A DNA stretch of 63,977 nucleotides, the filler included, from Reclinomonas americana ATCC 50394 (Eukaryota), in NCBI GenBank assembly GCA_048213135.1. It is 16 parts of 11 records of this genome, joined end to end, with 100 filler letters (N's around TTAATTAATTAA, not from the genome) between each part and the next. Parts side by side here need not be neighbours in the genome. Positions count along the whole stretch, not along the records: positions 22,212 to 24,045 come from PS015864.1; positions 24,146 to 26,704 come from PS015865.1; positions 26,805 to 28,511 come from PS015865.1; positions 28,612 to 30,743 come from AFZH01015911.1; positions 30,844 to 39,573 come from PS015866.1; 11 more parts are not named here. One strand, given 5' to 3'. The position numbers and the translations under genes were made by a program. Within the stretch, counting starts at the first letter, position 1, and each line of letters begins with the position of its first letter. Positions 23,091-35,759 of the stretch are shown here, piece by piece. The notes under the pieces were generated by a model. It did no database searches. It was not told the origin of the DNA and saw only the letters and a list, made by a program, of their open reading frames with translations.

Positions 23091-25864
23091 CTGCATGCAC
23101 ATCAGAATTGTAGGTGAGTGGATACTCGGGAAAGGGAATAAGAGAAAAGTATAATGAGGCATGGACTGTGAGGTGTCATGCATGGTGGGCGGAGTGATCA
23201 TCGACAAGGGGGGAGAATGAAGAGTGAATGGGTGGCAAAGTCGGATGAAATGAGAGGGAAAGCAGTGGAAATACAAGGCAGCGAAGACAGTGGTTGGGAT
23301 GATTTGAGTGCGTGTGAGTGCCTCAGCGGGAGAGTCGATGAGGGAGGATCCGGAGGAGGAAGAGAAGGGAGATGGAAGGACAAGGGAGAGGGAGGGAAAA
23401 GAGATGGCAGTCGAGGTGAAGGGTTGGAGAAGAGAGAGGGAAAAGAGCGCAGAGAAAAATGATGCAGGTTGATGAAGGGTGATGTGAGGGCATGGAAGGA
23501 CAAGGGTGTGGGGCAATTGAGCACAAGAGAGAAGACATGGCAGTCGAAGTGGAGGGTTGGAGAAGAGAAAGAGAGGGGGGAAAGAGAGAGAGCACAGAGA
23601 AGTGCTGCAAGTTGATGAAGCGTGAGATGAGGGAGTGACGATGGTGGCAGAAAGCGCGTGAGCGGTGAGTTTATGCGTGGAAGATATGTAAGGTAGGCGA
23701 CATCATGAATGCATTTGTGAGTGAGTGGATGGAGAAGGAGGCGATACGAGACGAGATGCGGTGATGAGGAGGCAGGGAATGTGTTTTGAGATGATTGAGT
23801 GGATGTGTGAGTGGTGAGGACGGTGAAGCGATGCGTAATGGGGAGTGTGATAGGTGGGCGGAAGAGACTAGGAATGAGGAGTGAGATGCAGAAATGAGAG
23901 AGGACAGAGGACAGAGGAGAGACAGTGCGCGATAGGGCGTTCCTTGACGTGTACCTCAGTCCTCCCTCGGAGAATGAGAAGTGGATGAGCATGAGTGAGT
24001 GAGGATGTTTGGTGGAGAGTGGGGGAGAGATGGAGAAGCAGAAGTNNNNNNNNNNNNNNNNNNNNNNNNNNNNNNNNNNNNNNNNNNNNTTAATTAATTA
24101 ANNNNNNNNNNNNNNNNNNNNNNNNNNNNNNNNNNNNNNNNNNNNCAAGTGAGTGGATGAGCATGAGAGTGCCAACTGTGAGTGAGGATGTTTGGTTGAG
24201 AGGGAAAGAGAGATGTAGAAGCAGAAGTGGAGGTGCGGTGCGGGGGAGTTGCTGGTGAATGAGAAGTGAGTGGTCGAGCATGAGATGAGCCAACTGTGAG
24301 TGAGGATGTTTGGTGGAGAGGGAGAGAGTGAGAGAGATGGAGAGACGGAAGTGGAGGTGCGGTGTGGGGATGTTAGGAGTGAATGAGTAGTAAGTGGATG
24401 AGTATGAGAGTGCCAACTGTTGAGTGAAAATGGTGCGCGGAAAGAGACAGTGAAGTGCAAGGTGAGGTGGGAATGCAAGTGGTGTGTAAATGGTGGACGG
24501 AAAGGTGATTCTATACAAGGAGTCAAGAGACGAGATGAAGTGAGTTGATACGAGAGCGGATGCAGCGCTGATGGCGNNNNNNNNNNNNNNNNNNNNNNNN
24601 NNNNNNNNNNNNNNNNNNNNNNNNNNNNNNNNNNNNNNNNNNNNNNNNNNNNNNNNNNNNNNNNNNNNNNNNNNNNNNNNNNNNNNNNNNNNNNNNNNNN
24701 NNNNNNNNNNNNNNNNNNNNNNNNNNNNNNNNNNNNNNNNNNNNNNNNNNNNNNNNNNNNNNNNNNNNNNNNNNNNNNNNNNNNNNNNNNNNNNNNNNNN
24801 NNNNNNNNNNNNNNNNNNNNNNNNNNNNNNNNNNNNNNNNNNNNNNNNNNNNNNNNNNNNNNNNNNNNNNNNNNNNNNNNNNNNNNNNNNNNNNNNNNNN
24901 NNNNNNNNNNNNNNNNNNNNNNNNNNNNNNNNNNNNNNNNNNNNNNNNNNNNNNNNNNNNNNNNNNNNNNNNNNNNNNNNNNNNNNNNNNNNNNNNNNNN
25001 NNNNNNNNNNNNNNNNNNNNNNNNNNNNNNNNNNNNNNNNNNNNNNNNNNNNNNNNNNNNNNNNNNNNNNNNNNNNNNNNNNNNNNNNNNNNNNNNNNNN
25101 NNNNNNNNNNNNNNNNNNNNNNNNNNNNNNNNNNNNNNNNNNNNNNNNNNNNNNNNNNNNNNNNNNNNNNNNNNNNNNNNNNNNNNNNNNNNNNNNNNNN
25201 NNNNNNNNNNNNNNNNNNNNNNNNNNNNNNNNNNNNNNNNNNNNNNNNNNNNNNNNNNNNNNNNNNNNNNNNNNNNNNNNNNNNCGATTGATCGCAAGCA
25301 GAGTGGCTGACAAGAAGGAGAGCAGATTCCCCGAGAATTACAATGAACACCGAGAATTATTATACAATGGTGTGGTTTCCATATACGATAGGCAGTGGTT
25401 TGTACACAGGCACACAGACTGAGCACAACTGCTGGCGTGTGACCACAGCAGCAACGAGGTGCGCTCTCTCTCACTCTTGATGTCATACGTGAGAGCAGTG
25501 CCCGTCGCTAGCAACGAGAGAGCAAACGACAACAGCAACTACAACAACGATCCATGTAAGCGGTGGAGATGGAGATGGAGATGGAGATGGAGAGAGAGAG
25601 AGAGTGAAAGAGAGAGAAACAACAAAGTGAGCCGCTGCCCCTCTATACCGACAAACAAGCAGGTAGAGTGAACCTGGTTGCGGTCGACAGAGCAGTGACG
25701 ATTTTGCACACACTCTCTCTTGATGCCACGATGCCACACCTGCATGGGTGGATGGAAACGCAGTCAGATCCTCATTTTCTCACAAGTACATCTGCTGTGA
25801 ATGCTGATACTCATCGGAGGGAGAGACGACAACCGAGAGATTGGAGGACATTTGGTTGGATAAG

Positions 25865-26704
25865 AAGAGCTCGAGGGAGAGAGAATGGCTGTGCTTTGTC
25901 TGCATGTACTCCCTGTTCGTTATGTCGTTGGTGCGTGCACTTGGTATGCGAGAGCGAGTTGATTCATAAGAGAGGGAGAGGGAGAAGGAGAGAACGGCTG
26001 TGCTCTCTCAGCTTTGTGCTGTCTGTTCATTGTTGAGTTGTTGTGTGTTCTCGGTATGCGAGCGAGTTGATGCACTGAGAGAGGGAGAGAAAGAAGGAGA
26101 GAACGGCTGTGAGATCTGCTTTGTGCTGTCAATGGTTCGTTGTTGTGTTGTTGTGTGTTCTCGGTATGCGAGCGAGTTGATGCAGTAAGAGAGGGAGAGA
26201 GGGAGAAGGAGAGAACCGCTGTGAGACCTGCTTTATGCTGTCTTTCTGTTCGTTGTTGTTATGTTGTTGAGTGTACTTGGTATGCGAAAGCGAGTCGATG
26301 CAGTAAGAGAGAGAGAGAGAGAAGGAGAGAATGGCTGTGCACGTGAGACCTGCTTTGTGCTCCCTGTTCATCGCTGTTGTGTTTTTGTGTGTACTTGGCA
26401 TGCGAGAGCGAGTTGATGCAGTGAGAGAGGGAGACAAGGAGAGAGTGAGAAACAGAGTGTGTGTGCTGTCTTTGTGCTGTCCTTCTGTTTGGTGTTGTGT
26501 TGCAGCAGTATGCGAGAGCGAGTTGATGCAGCGAGAGAGGGAGAGTGAGAAGGAGAGAATGGCTGTGCTCTCTCTGCTTTGTGCTGTCTTTATGTTCGTT
26601 GTTGTGTTGTTGTGTGTTCTCGGTGTGCGAGAACGAGTCGATGCAGTGAGAGAGGGAGAGAGAGAGAAGGAGAGAACGGCTGTGAGATCTGCTTTGTGTT
26701 GTCT
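25865..26704 (+). repeat. Minisatellite of about seven diverged ~115-125 nt units
   Basis: Recurring GGTATGCGAG(AG)CGAGTTGATGCAG..GAGAGAGGGAGA..AGGAGAGAACGGCTGTG. Confidence 0.9.
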
Positions 26705-27737
26705 NNNNNNNNNNNNNNNNNNNNNNNNNNNNNNNNNNNNNNNNNNNNTTAATTAATTAANNNNNNNNNNNNNNNNNNNNNNNNNNNNNNNNNNNNNNNN
26801 NNNNATTGAATGATTGATTTCGGAGTCGGGGTGCAATGCGGTGGGTGGGGCTAGGCAGGCCGAGAAGCTAAAACAAGAGCCTGCATGATCTGTGCGTTTC
26901 AAAGACAAGCGGTGAAAGCCAGAATGAGCCGTGCCTTGATGACGCAAGATGCGAGCAGAGATAATGAAGTGAGCTATTGGCTACTCAACGCAGCGAGAGA
27001 TGCTTTGCAATACTATTTTACATCTGCCTCAAATTATTGCCACAGTTGTCTCGCCATCACAGTGGGTGTTCTCTCGCGCATGCTGCTTGATAAGAAGGCC
27101 AATCCGGGGAGGCGTCTGAGGAGCTCCCTTCTCCGCCAGTAGACAAGATTGCGTCACGATAAATGAACTTCTTCTACTTCTTCTTCTTCTTCTCGCGCAG
27201 CGTAGAGCATGAGATCATGCATGCAGGGGACGTCAGTCCGTACTCAAGTAAGCAAAACGAAAAGAAGAACGAATACAATGTCGACTGCTCGTTCATTAAC
27301 GTTCAGATAACAGCATAAGTAACAAATGATCCGAATCATCTTTTCACATGGTCGCGGACTCTCTTTCTCACACACACAGACTCTCTCTGTCAGCCCACAC
27401 TCCTTTTCTCGCTCACCATGGTATATAATACACGGCAGCCATTCATCAAGCATGGGCTCGCTGGTAATAGAAAGAAAAAACTTGACAGAAGCCGGTCAAT
27501 TCATCGGACGGGGCATTTGGGGAAGGAGGAACAAGGCAGAGAGAATGAAAAGTCTCACATACAGAAGAAATCCGGATTTCCATCACTGTTGGAATATCAC
27601 GGTCTCGTAAGTGAAAAATGCGATCGTCTTTCCTGTTGAGAATCTGATCGTTCACGTCGATACGTGCTGCTGCCTCAAGACTGGTGGTGGTGTTGATGTT
27701 GATGTTTCTGATGTGATTGCTGTTGCCTGCTGGCTGG

Positions 27738-27815
27738 TGAACAACATCAACAAGAACAACAACAACAACAACAACAATAACAACAACAACTGTATTAATC
27801 CAAACAGCAACACAA
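27738..27815 (+). repeat. (AAC)n microsatellite
   Basis: Direct reading. Confidence 0.9.
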
Positions 27816-27899
27816 CCGCATGATGATGATGATCACCATCTTGAGTGAGCACCACAAGGAACTCGGGCATCACAGGAAAAAGCGAGAGGAATTGAGATG

Positions 27900-29585
27900 G
27901 CTACACAAACACAAGGAACCTGCGGCTGCCGCAAGACTGGTGTCTGTGTTGATATTTCGGATGCTATTGAATTTGGTTATCAAGACAGCTGTTACTTGTT
28001 TGTTGGTGAATGAATTTGTTGTGGGAGGGATGGAGAACAGAAGAAGATCGTCTGCAACGACAACTCCTTCATTCACCACCGAGAGACAAGTCCAACCGAT
28101 AACACACAGCGAATTCATTCGTTAACAAGCAAGCAACAGCTGTCTTGATGACCATGAATACAAGCACCAATCACGAAAGGGGGGAGGGAGGGAGAACAGA
28201 AGAAGATCGTCTGCAACTACAACTCTTTCATTCACCACCAAGAAACAAGTCCAACCAACAGCACACAGCGAATTCATTCGCCAACAAACAAGCAACAGCT
28301 GTCTTGATGCCTGTGACATGCCAAAGTTCAACTGTATCCGAATCATGAATACAAGCACCAACCACGAAAGGGGGGAGGGAGGGAGAACAGAAGGAGATCT
28401 TCTGCAGCGACAACTCTTTCATTCACCACCGGGAAACAAGTCCAACCAACAACACACAGCGAATTCATTCACCAACAAACAGGCAACAGCTGTCTCGAGT
28501 CTGTGTTGATGNNNNNNNNNNNNNNNNNNNNNNNNNNNNNNNNNNNNNNNNNNNNTTAATTAATTAANNNNNNNNNNNNNNNNNNNNNNNNNNNNNNNNN
28601 NNNNNNNNNNNGAAGAGCATGTTCAGGAAGAAAGAGCAAGGGAAAATGTTTAAGAGAAGCAATGGAGAGTTTTGTGTGTGAATCAGTGAAGGACACACAC
28701 ACACACAAGGAACCAGCTGCTGCTTCAAGACTGGTATTTGTGTTGATGTTTTGGTAAAGGTTCGATCATCAAGACAGCTGTTTGCTTGTTTGTTGGTGAA
28801 TGAATTTGTTGTTGTTAGCAATGGAGAGTTTTGTGTGTGTAAATCTGTTGGAGAGGTAATTATGTGTTTATATATTCTTGGTGTCCCAAGGTCATTGTCG
28901 GCAAGGGATTTGCGGGCGTTTATCGCATAATCGGAATGTGGTGAATGAAGTGTTTTTTTAAGTGAAGGAGCTCCGAGAACGAACACACACACACAAGGAA
29001 CCTGCTGATGCCTCATGATCAAGACTGGTGCTTGTGTTGATGTTTTGGATATGGTTGAACTTGGTCATCATCAAGACAGCTTTTTGCTTGTTTGTTGGTG
29101 AATGAATTTGTTGTTGCTAGTCTCTATATTTGTGAATATTTTTGTCATTCATTGTTATGTGACAAAGGAGGTCTGTACTGTTGTTAATAGTTCTTTTATT
29201 ATTATAACTATATCTCATATATAAAACCGATCATCAAAGAAACAAACACATGAACAAAACAAAAATGGAAAGAAAAACAATGAGGACAGAAATGACAGCT
29301 TCTATTGTTCAACATCTGCATGAAATCCATGCTCTTTGTAAGTGCCAGAATCAAACCAAGAGAATGACTGGTCATGTGGCGAAGGAGGTTTGTATTGTTG
29401 TTTATATTTCTTTTATTACTGTTATAATGATAACAACAGTTCATATATAAAAACTCATCATCAAAGAAACAAACACATGATCAAACCAGAAAAAAAGATG
29501 GAAAGAAAAACAATGAGGACAGGAATGACAGCTTCAATTATTCAACATCTGCATGAAATCCATGTTTCTTGTAAGTGCCAGCAAT
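27900..29585. repeat. AT-rich repeat cluster with direct (~190 nt) and inverted copies of a ~50 nt motif
   Basis: CAAGACAGCTGTT.CTTGTTTGTTGGTGAATGAATTTG at ~27981, 28770 and 29072; its reverse complement at ~28110, 28270 and 28460; separate duplication 29230-29350 / 29457-29580. Confidence 0.8.
28880..28960 (+). repeat. Dispersed ~80 nt repeat, second copy inverted at 63447-63523
   Basis: CCAAGGTCATTGTCGG(C/T)AAGGGATTTG(C/T)GGGCGTT(T/C)ATCGC..GGAA(T/C)GTGGTGAATGAAGTGTTTT is present at both loci. Confidence 0.85.
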
Positions 29586-30705
29586 AATAAATGAAATCAA
29601 CCACAAAAGAAACGGAACAGAAATGACGATTTCTTTTCGGATTTCACCGTCACGAAATCAAGATCAAAACGAGTCACAAATTCTCATACAATAAGGCAGC
29701 CTCAGTCACTTCGTACTTTTTGGTACTGAAAACGTGATTTCTTGGCTTCAAAGTGTTTACTCAGCGTGGTGATCACCACGCAACATTTGTGCAGACACAC
29801 AGACGAGGAACATGCTGCTGCCGCAAGACTGGTGCCTGTGTTGATGATTTGGATACGGATAAAATCGGCCGTCAACGCGGCTGTTGCTTGTTTGTTGGTG
29901 GATGAATTTGTTGTTGTTGGGTTGGAAATAAATACTAGCCAATGTGCTACTCAAACGAAACAGAGCGAAACAAACACGCATCAAATCGTTCTGTTTCGTT
30001 GTCTGAGAATGTGCACCATCAACTGCAAAGATAGTTGAAAACAGAAGAGTTGGAAAGGAAACTGAACACAAGAATGATGTGGGCACGCAAAGAAGCGGAA
30101 ACGCGCATCGACATGTTTGAAAAAACAATAGCCAAGGAACAGAGCATCAAAGACGGGAACTGATGCAACAGAGCGACGAGCGAGACGACAAACAGCAGCA
30201 TTCATGAACTCAAAAGTAAAATCTACAGCCAGGAAAGAAACCGGACATGGGAAAAACCGAACGAAGAAATACCGGATGTAGTGGTCTCCACACGCATCAA
30301 ATCGTCATGACAAACAGAGAATCTTGAAGCTCGTAAATTTCCGCGTAGGATTCTAACATCAGAATCGGACGGTAAAAAACACGAGAAAGCACCAGGAGGA
30401 GACACAATGGCAGCTGCTCATCGACCACGGAAACAAATGACAAGGCCGAACGAGGGCGCAAAAACTCACGCAACTACACAAAACACAATCAATTGCATCT
30501 CACAAACAGATAATGAGCGCAACGATATACACAGCAGCATTAGAATCGACTGAAACGCACCGAACAAAAGTGAAACCGGCAATATCGGGCGAATGGTGGA
30601 CCAAATCGGCAAGAGTAACAACACATAAGGTAGCGCCCGCAAAGATGCATATAAGTCGCAAGAGAGAAATAAAGGGTCAAGGGCCGGACGAAGGGTTAAA
30701 GGGGT

Positions 30706-30743
30706 GGTCAAGGGTCAAGGGTCAAGGGTCAAGGGTCAAGGGT
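30706..30743 (+). repeat. (GGGTCAA)n heptamer array at a contig end
   Basis: About five units run into the linker gap. Confidence 0.85.
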
Positions 30744-30895
30744 NNNNNNNNNNNNNNNNNNNNNNNNNNNNNNNNNNNNNNNNNNNNTTAATTAATTAAN
30801 NNNNNNNNNNNNNNNNNNNNNNNNNNNNNNNNNNNNNNNNNNNATACAAGGAGAGCGCGCGGAGAGTGTGCGTGCGTGCCATGGTCTCCACTCAC

Positions 30896-31315
30896 CTCAT
30901 CGGCATCGTCCGTGTCCTCGCGCTCAGCCGGCGTTCCCCCAAACGGTGTCTCTGTCACTCCTCCATTGCCACCACCATTCCCACCAAAGGCGACTGGTGG
31001 CGTGGGCGGTGGAGGAGGAGGTGGCAGCGACGAATACATGGCGAGATGATGATGATGAGGATGATCTTTCGGGCCGACTGCTGCAGCTGCACTCGTCACC
31101 AGAAACGCACTGCTGCCGTTGATCACTGGGCGTGGAGAGAGTGGGCCACCACTGGCACCACCTGCAGCAGCGGAAGCAGCAGCGTGACCGTTGCCATTGG
31201 GGAAGAGCGACAGAGGCAGTGGCGATGATGCGGACGATGATGAGGAGGAGGAGGTGGATAGAGAGGACGATGCGCCACCGCCATGGGTGATCACACGCAG
31301 CGGGCCTGCGCTCAT
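30896..31315 (-). CDS. First exon of a hypothetical protein with low-complexity N-terminus (truncated by gap)
   Basis: ATG 31315, open frame MSAGPLRVITHGGG...EDTDDADE followed by donor GTGAGT; head-to-head with the ARM gene. Confidence 0.6.
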
Positions 31316-31407
31316 TCGCCTCCGCTGCCTCTCTTATCTCCCTCACACGCGCGCGCACACTGTCGTTGGCCGAGTGAGTGGATTGTCGATATCGCCGCGT
31401 TGAAGAG

Positions 31408-34400
31408 ATGAGCGACGGAGGGCCACCCGAGTCACCGACTGGGCAGTCATCGCCGTCGGCTGCCACTGCTGCATGTTGCGTGCACGGATCGCTGTTACAC
31501 ACACACACGCGCGCGCCATGGTTTGCACACGCTCACACTCTCACGCGCGCGCGCACACACACAGTGCGACAGTACTTGCTGAGCTTGCTGTGGGAGCACG
31601 CGACTGCGTTGATCGTGGCGAACAGTGAGGCCGCACAGGCGGTGCATTCGCAGCGACGAAAGTCGTCGTCATCGGGAGGCAGTGTGACAAGTGCGGCAGC
31701 GGGCAGTGCTGCGGCTGCTGCTGCGGCGGCAAGTGTGTTGCGACTGGGTGAGGATGATGAGGGCACGCAGTGGCCGCTGGTTTCGTTGCGTTGGTGGTGT
31801 TGATAAGATTTGCCAGCGCGGGCCCGCTGCCTTCGCCTGGGCTCATTCATTGGTGTGTTGTTCGTTCGTCGCAGCATGTTGCGTGTGATTGAGAGTGAGT
31901 GGACGGGCGGTGGTGAGCAGTCGGTGGCGGCGGCGGCGGCGCGGTGTGCGCAGAGTGTGCAGGGCAAGGCGAGGGAACTGGATCAGACCTGTTGCGTGTG
32001 TCGAGTTGTGTTGTGGCATGCGCGTGGTGTGTTGACACGCTGCGGTGCAGTGGATGTCACGCGGCATGCGGTGACGAGGTTAGAGAAGGAGCTGGAGGGC
32101 ATGCGACAGCAGCTGCGGGAGCTGGAGACACGAGTTGCGCTTTTTTTGATCCGTGCCTGGTGGAAGAAATTGGAGTCGTGACGACGCAGCGTGTGCGCAG
32201 CGGTCGTCGTTGAGACATGTCGAAGAGTTTCTGTCGTTTCTCAACAAGCGGTTATCGTCGGAGGAGATTCGCGACCACGTGCAATGCCTGGGCGACGAGT
32301 CGATTCAGTGGCAGATCAGGTGCGTGTGTGAATGTTGGCGGCCACAATCACCACCCATGCACCTGCTCACCACCCCTCCCGCTTGACAGACTGAGTGAGC
32401 TGTTTTGGCTGGCGGAGAATCACCGCTCTGTCGACACGGTGCTGGTGGCGGAGGCTCTCGGCTACCTGTACCGCATGGTGGTGTTGTCGGATTTGGCCAA
32501 TGTGACGCTGTCGTCTTCGGCGAGTGTGCAATCGTCGTCGCCGCCGTCGCAACTCAAGGGCAGTGCGCTGCTGGCATGCGATCCGCTGATTCTATGGCAG
32601 CACGCCGTCAGCAGTGTTCTCAGCATGCTGGCCGCCAGCCGTCCCGACACGCAGCACATGCTGTTGAGTGTGTTGCGGCAACTGCTGCGCAATGCCGAGT
32701 TGAGACGATTCTTCTGGGTGCGCGAGGAGCAGGCGACAAGTGAGACCGCGACGATGCAAGGTGGTGACGGCGTTGGTGCGGCGCCAACGGGTTCGTTTAT
32801 CGCGCGTCTGGTGCGTCTGCTGCACTCGATCAACGACGATGTCAAGATTGAGGGTCTGTCTGCACGCCTCCTCGTTTGTCATGAGTTGCCGAGAGCTCAC
32901 TGAAGGCATTGACAGCCGCACATGTGCTGGGCGATTTGTGCGACTCGACGACTGCCAAGCAGCACTGCTCACAGGCGGGTGCTGTGGCACCATTACTGAC
33001 GGGTGCACGATCGTCCAATACCATGGTGCAAGAGAAGTGTCTGGCCGCGCTGTGGAATCTCTGCTCACTGCCGGAGAACATGGTCAGTACGTGTGTGTAT
33101 CCTCGCCACATGCCCCTCCCCTCCTCCTGTTCACGTTTCGTGGACGCGATGCAGGACGCTGTGCGGGAGATGGGCGGCCTCGACATTTTAGTGCGCTGCG
33201 TGAACTCCAAGTCCGAGGATGTCGTCGAGAATGCCACCATTGCGCTCGGCTACCTTTCGCGAAACGACACTAATAAGGTATGTGTGTATGTGTATGTGTG
33301 GTGTTTGGGGAGGGGAAGGTTGCGACCTCTGACGCGACTCAAAAATTCTCAATGGTTGTCGGTGTAGGTGGTGCTGCGAGAGAACGGTGGCCTGTCGGCG
33401 TTGGTGGGCGTGCTGACCACGGCCATTCTCGGCTTGGATCCGGACGAGGACGGTCGTGGTCCGCGAGTGTCGGAGCCTCTCTCGCCCAGTGTGGTCAGCA
33501 AGGCAGCGGCTGCGCTGTGGAACTGTGCTTCGGTGCCGGAGAATCGCATCACCATTCGCGATGTGGGCGGCCTGCATGCGTTGCTGGCGTTGCTGAGTCA
33601 ATCGTCGTTGCGTGAACTCACTCTGCTCTCCCCCCTTTGTCGACGCCATTCCAAAGTGTGCGCCACCCACAGTGATCCTGCACTTCTCGAGAATGTTACC
33701 GGTGCGTTGTGGAACTTGGTCGTCGACAATCCAAACAAGCAACTCGTACGGTGTGTGCATGCACGCCTTTTTTGTTGTTGGCCTCCACATTCGTGTTTCT
33801 CACCATGACGGCGTATCTCCAGAGAACTCGGTGCCATCCCCGTGTTGGTGGGTCTGCTGCACACCGACAATGTGCCGCTGCTGGAAAACGTGTCTGGCAT
33901 TTTGTGGAACTGTGCATCGGTCGGTGAAAACCGCATCGCCATTCGCAAGGCACAAGGCCTCGCCCCGCTCTTGCACGTGGTTGAGTATGGAACCTCGTGG
34001 AATGCGCGTGAGAATGCGGCTGGTGCGTTGCGCAACTGTGTCATCAACGACACAAACAAGGCGGCGTTTCAACAAGTCGGCGGGTCTGTTTGCATACCAT
34101 TGCTCTTATACGATGTGTAGGTTGTTGACGAAGAATCGCGTGATGTGCGCAGCATTGATGTGGTGTGCCGATTATTGCAAGCAGAGGGCAAGTCGGCGCC
34201 TGCAGGCTTTGTGGAGAAGCTGGTCGGCATCTTGTGGATGGTGTCGATTGCGCAGGAGAACCGCTTGCCGATTGGAGCTGCCGGTGGTGTTCGCATTCTC
34301 CTCGACGTGCTGGCACAGCGTGCGACGAACGACAAGGTGCTGGGCACGCTGCGAAACTGCTGCTCCGAAGGTCTTGCTTTGGTGTGTCTTCTTCGTTTCG

Positions 34401-35685
34401 CCGCTCTCGTCGTGCTCACACCTGCGCACAGATGACAATTGTCGCCAGTTTGTCGCGCACAACGGCATTCCGGTGGTGATTGACGTGCTGCGAAGACACA
34501 ACAACCGATCGCCGTCGCGACCCGGCAGCACAGATGGCATTGGTGTCGCATTGTCGTCCACAGCGCCGCCAGTGCAAACGTATGCCGCAGTGGACTACGC
34601 CGCGGCCATTCTGTGGAGTTGTGCACGTCTCAGTTGCGTGCAGAGATGTCTGCATTCCACTCGTCTTCTGCACGTGCTCATGTTCGTCCTTTTTCGGTTT
34701 CTGTCACAATAGGTGAGAATCAACCGCAACTGCGCGCTGGTGGTGCCGCAGAAGTGCTGGTGTCGCTGCTGGAGTCGGAGACTGTGTCGCTGTTGACGGA
34801 AGAGGAGTTTGGCCACGGAAACGGCAACGGTGTGAGCAGTGCGGATGGTCGCGGACGCAGCAACAGCGCTTCGGCCACACCCGACTCTGCCAGTCATCTG
34901 CGCACCAGTTCGCTGAAGGCCATGAGCAACGCCAGCCTCAACAGCTCGTCGGCGTCGACCGGTGATCCGGAGGTGCTGGCGGCCCGACAGTCTGTGCTGG
35001 AGAATGTCACCGGCGCCCTCATGTGCCTCGCCGCTGATGGTGCGTGCGCACGTGTGCTTGAACGAGTGCATGTCATTGTCTGACTCTGTCAGCACAGAGG
35101 AGAACCGGCACTTGCTGGTTGCACTGTCGGCGTTGCCGCCGACCCTCAGTCTCATGCGAAGCGAGATGGCCAACGAGTTTGTCCGCGAGAATGCGTGTGC
35201 CATTGCCGGCCACTGCCTCAATGTGTCGTCTGTGGTGGAGTGGTTTATCGAGCAGGACCGCATTGGCGTGGTGCTCACACTGCTTCACGACCCACACGAG
35301 GGTGTGGCTCGTGAGGCGCTGGTGTGCATCAAGCGGCTTGCCACTGATCCCACCGCCGGCAGACGAGTCGGTTCGTGTGCTGGTGTTTTTTCTGTCTCTT
35401 GTGGCAAGAATTCATCATAGTTGCGTGCAGGTGAGCTGGGAGGCCTGCCTGTCATTGTCAAGCTACTCGAGAGTGGATCGCCTCATGTGAAGAAACTCGC
35501 CGCCCTCTGCATCAATGCTCTCTCCAAGAATGGTGAGTTCTTCTCGTCCGTCGAAAATCGCAAGCACTCGTCAACTCAACACCGTTGCGTGCGCACTCCC
35601 AGACACTAACCGTGCCCTTCTGGCGAGCATACCGTCGTCAACATCGCCACCACCGCCGTCGTCAGAGTCGTCAGTGGCGGACTGA
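31408..35685 (+). CDS. Armadillo-repeat protein with N-terminal coiled coil, multi-exon
   Basis: Repeated ARM motifs (QEKCLAALWNL, ENATIALGYLS, ENVTGALWNL, ENVSGILWNC, ENAAGALRNC, GGLxxLVxxL). A continuous spliced frame runs from ATG 31408 to TGA 35685. Confidence 0.9.
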
Positions 35686-35759
35686 AAAAAAAACGCACAC
35701 ACTCATGATTGAAAACCAAAAGGATGTGTATTTCTAAACCCTCTATGTCGGGTGTGTTT

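Noticed and set aside
26885..27142. Ankyrin-like ORF (RMLLDKKANP)
   Set aside because: A single short motif with no TPLH or second repeat; insufficient support.
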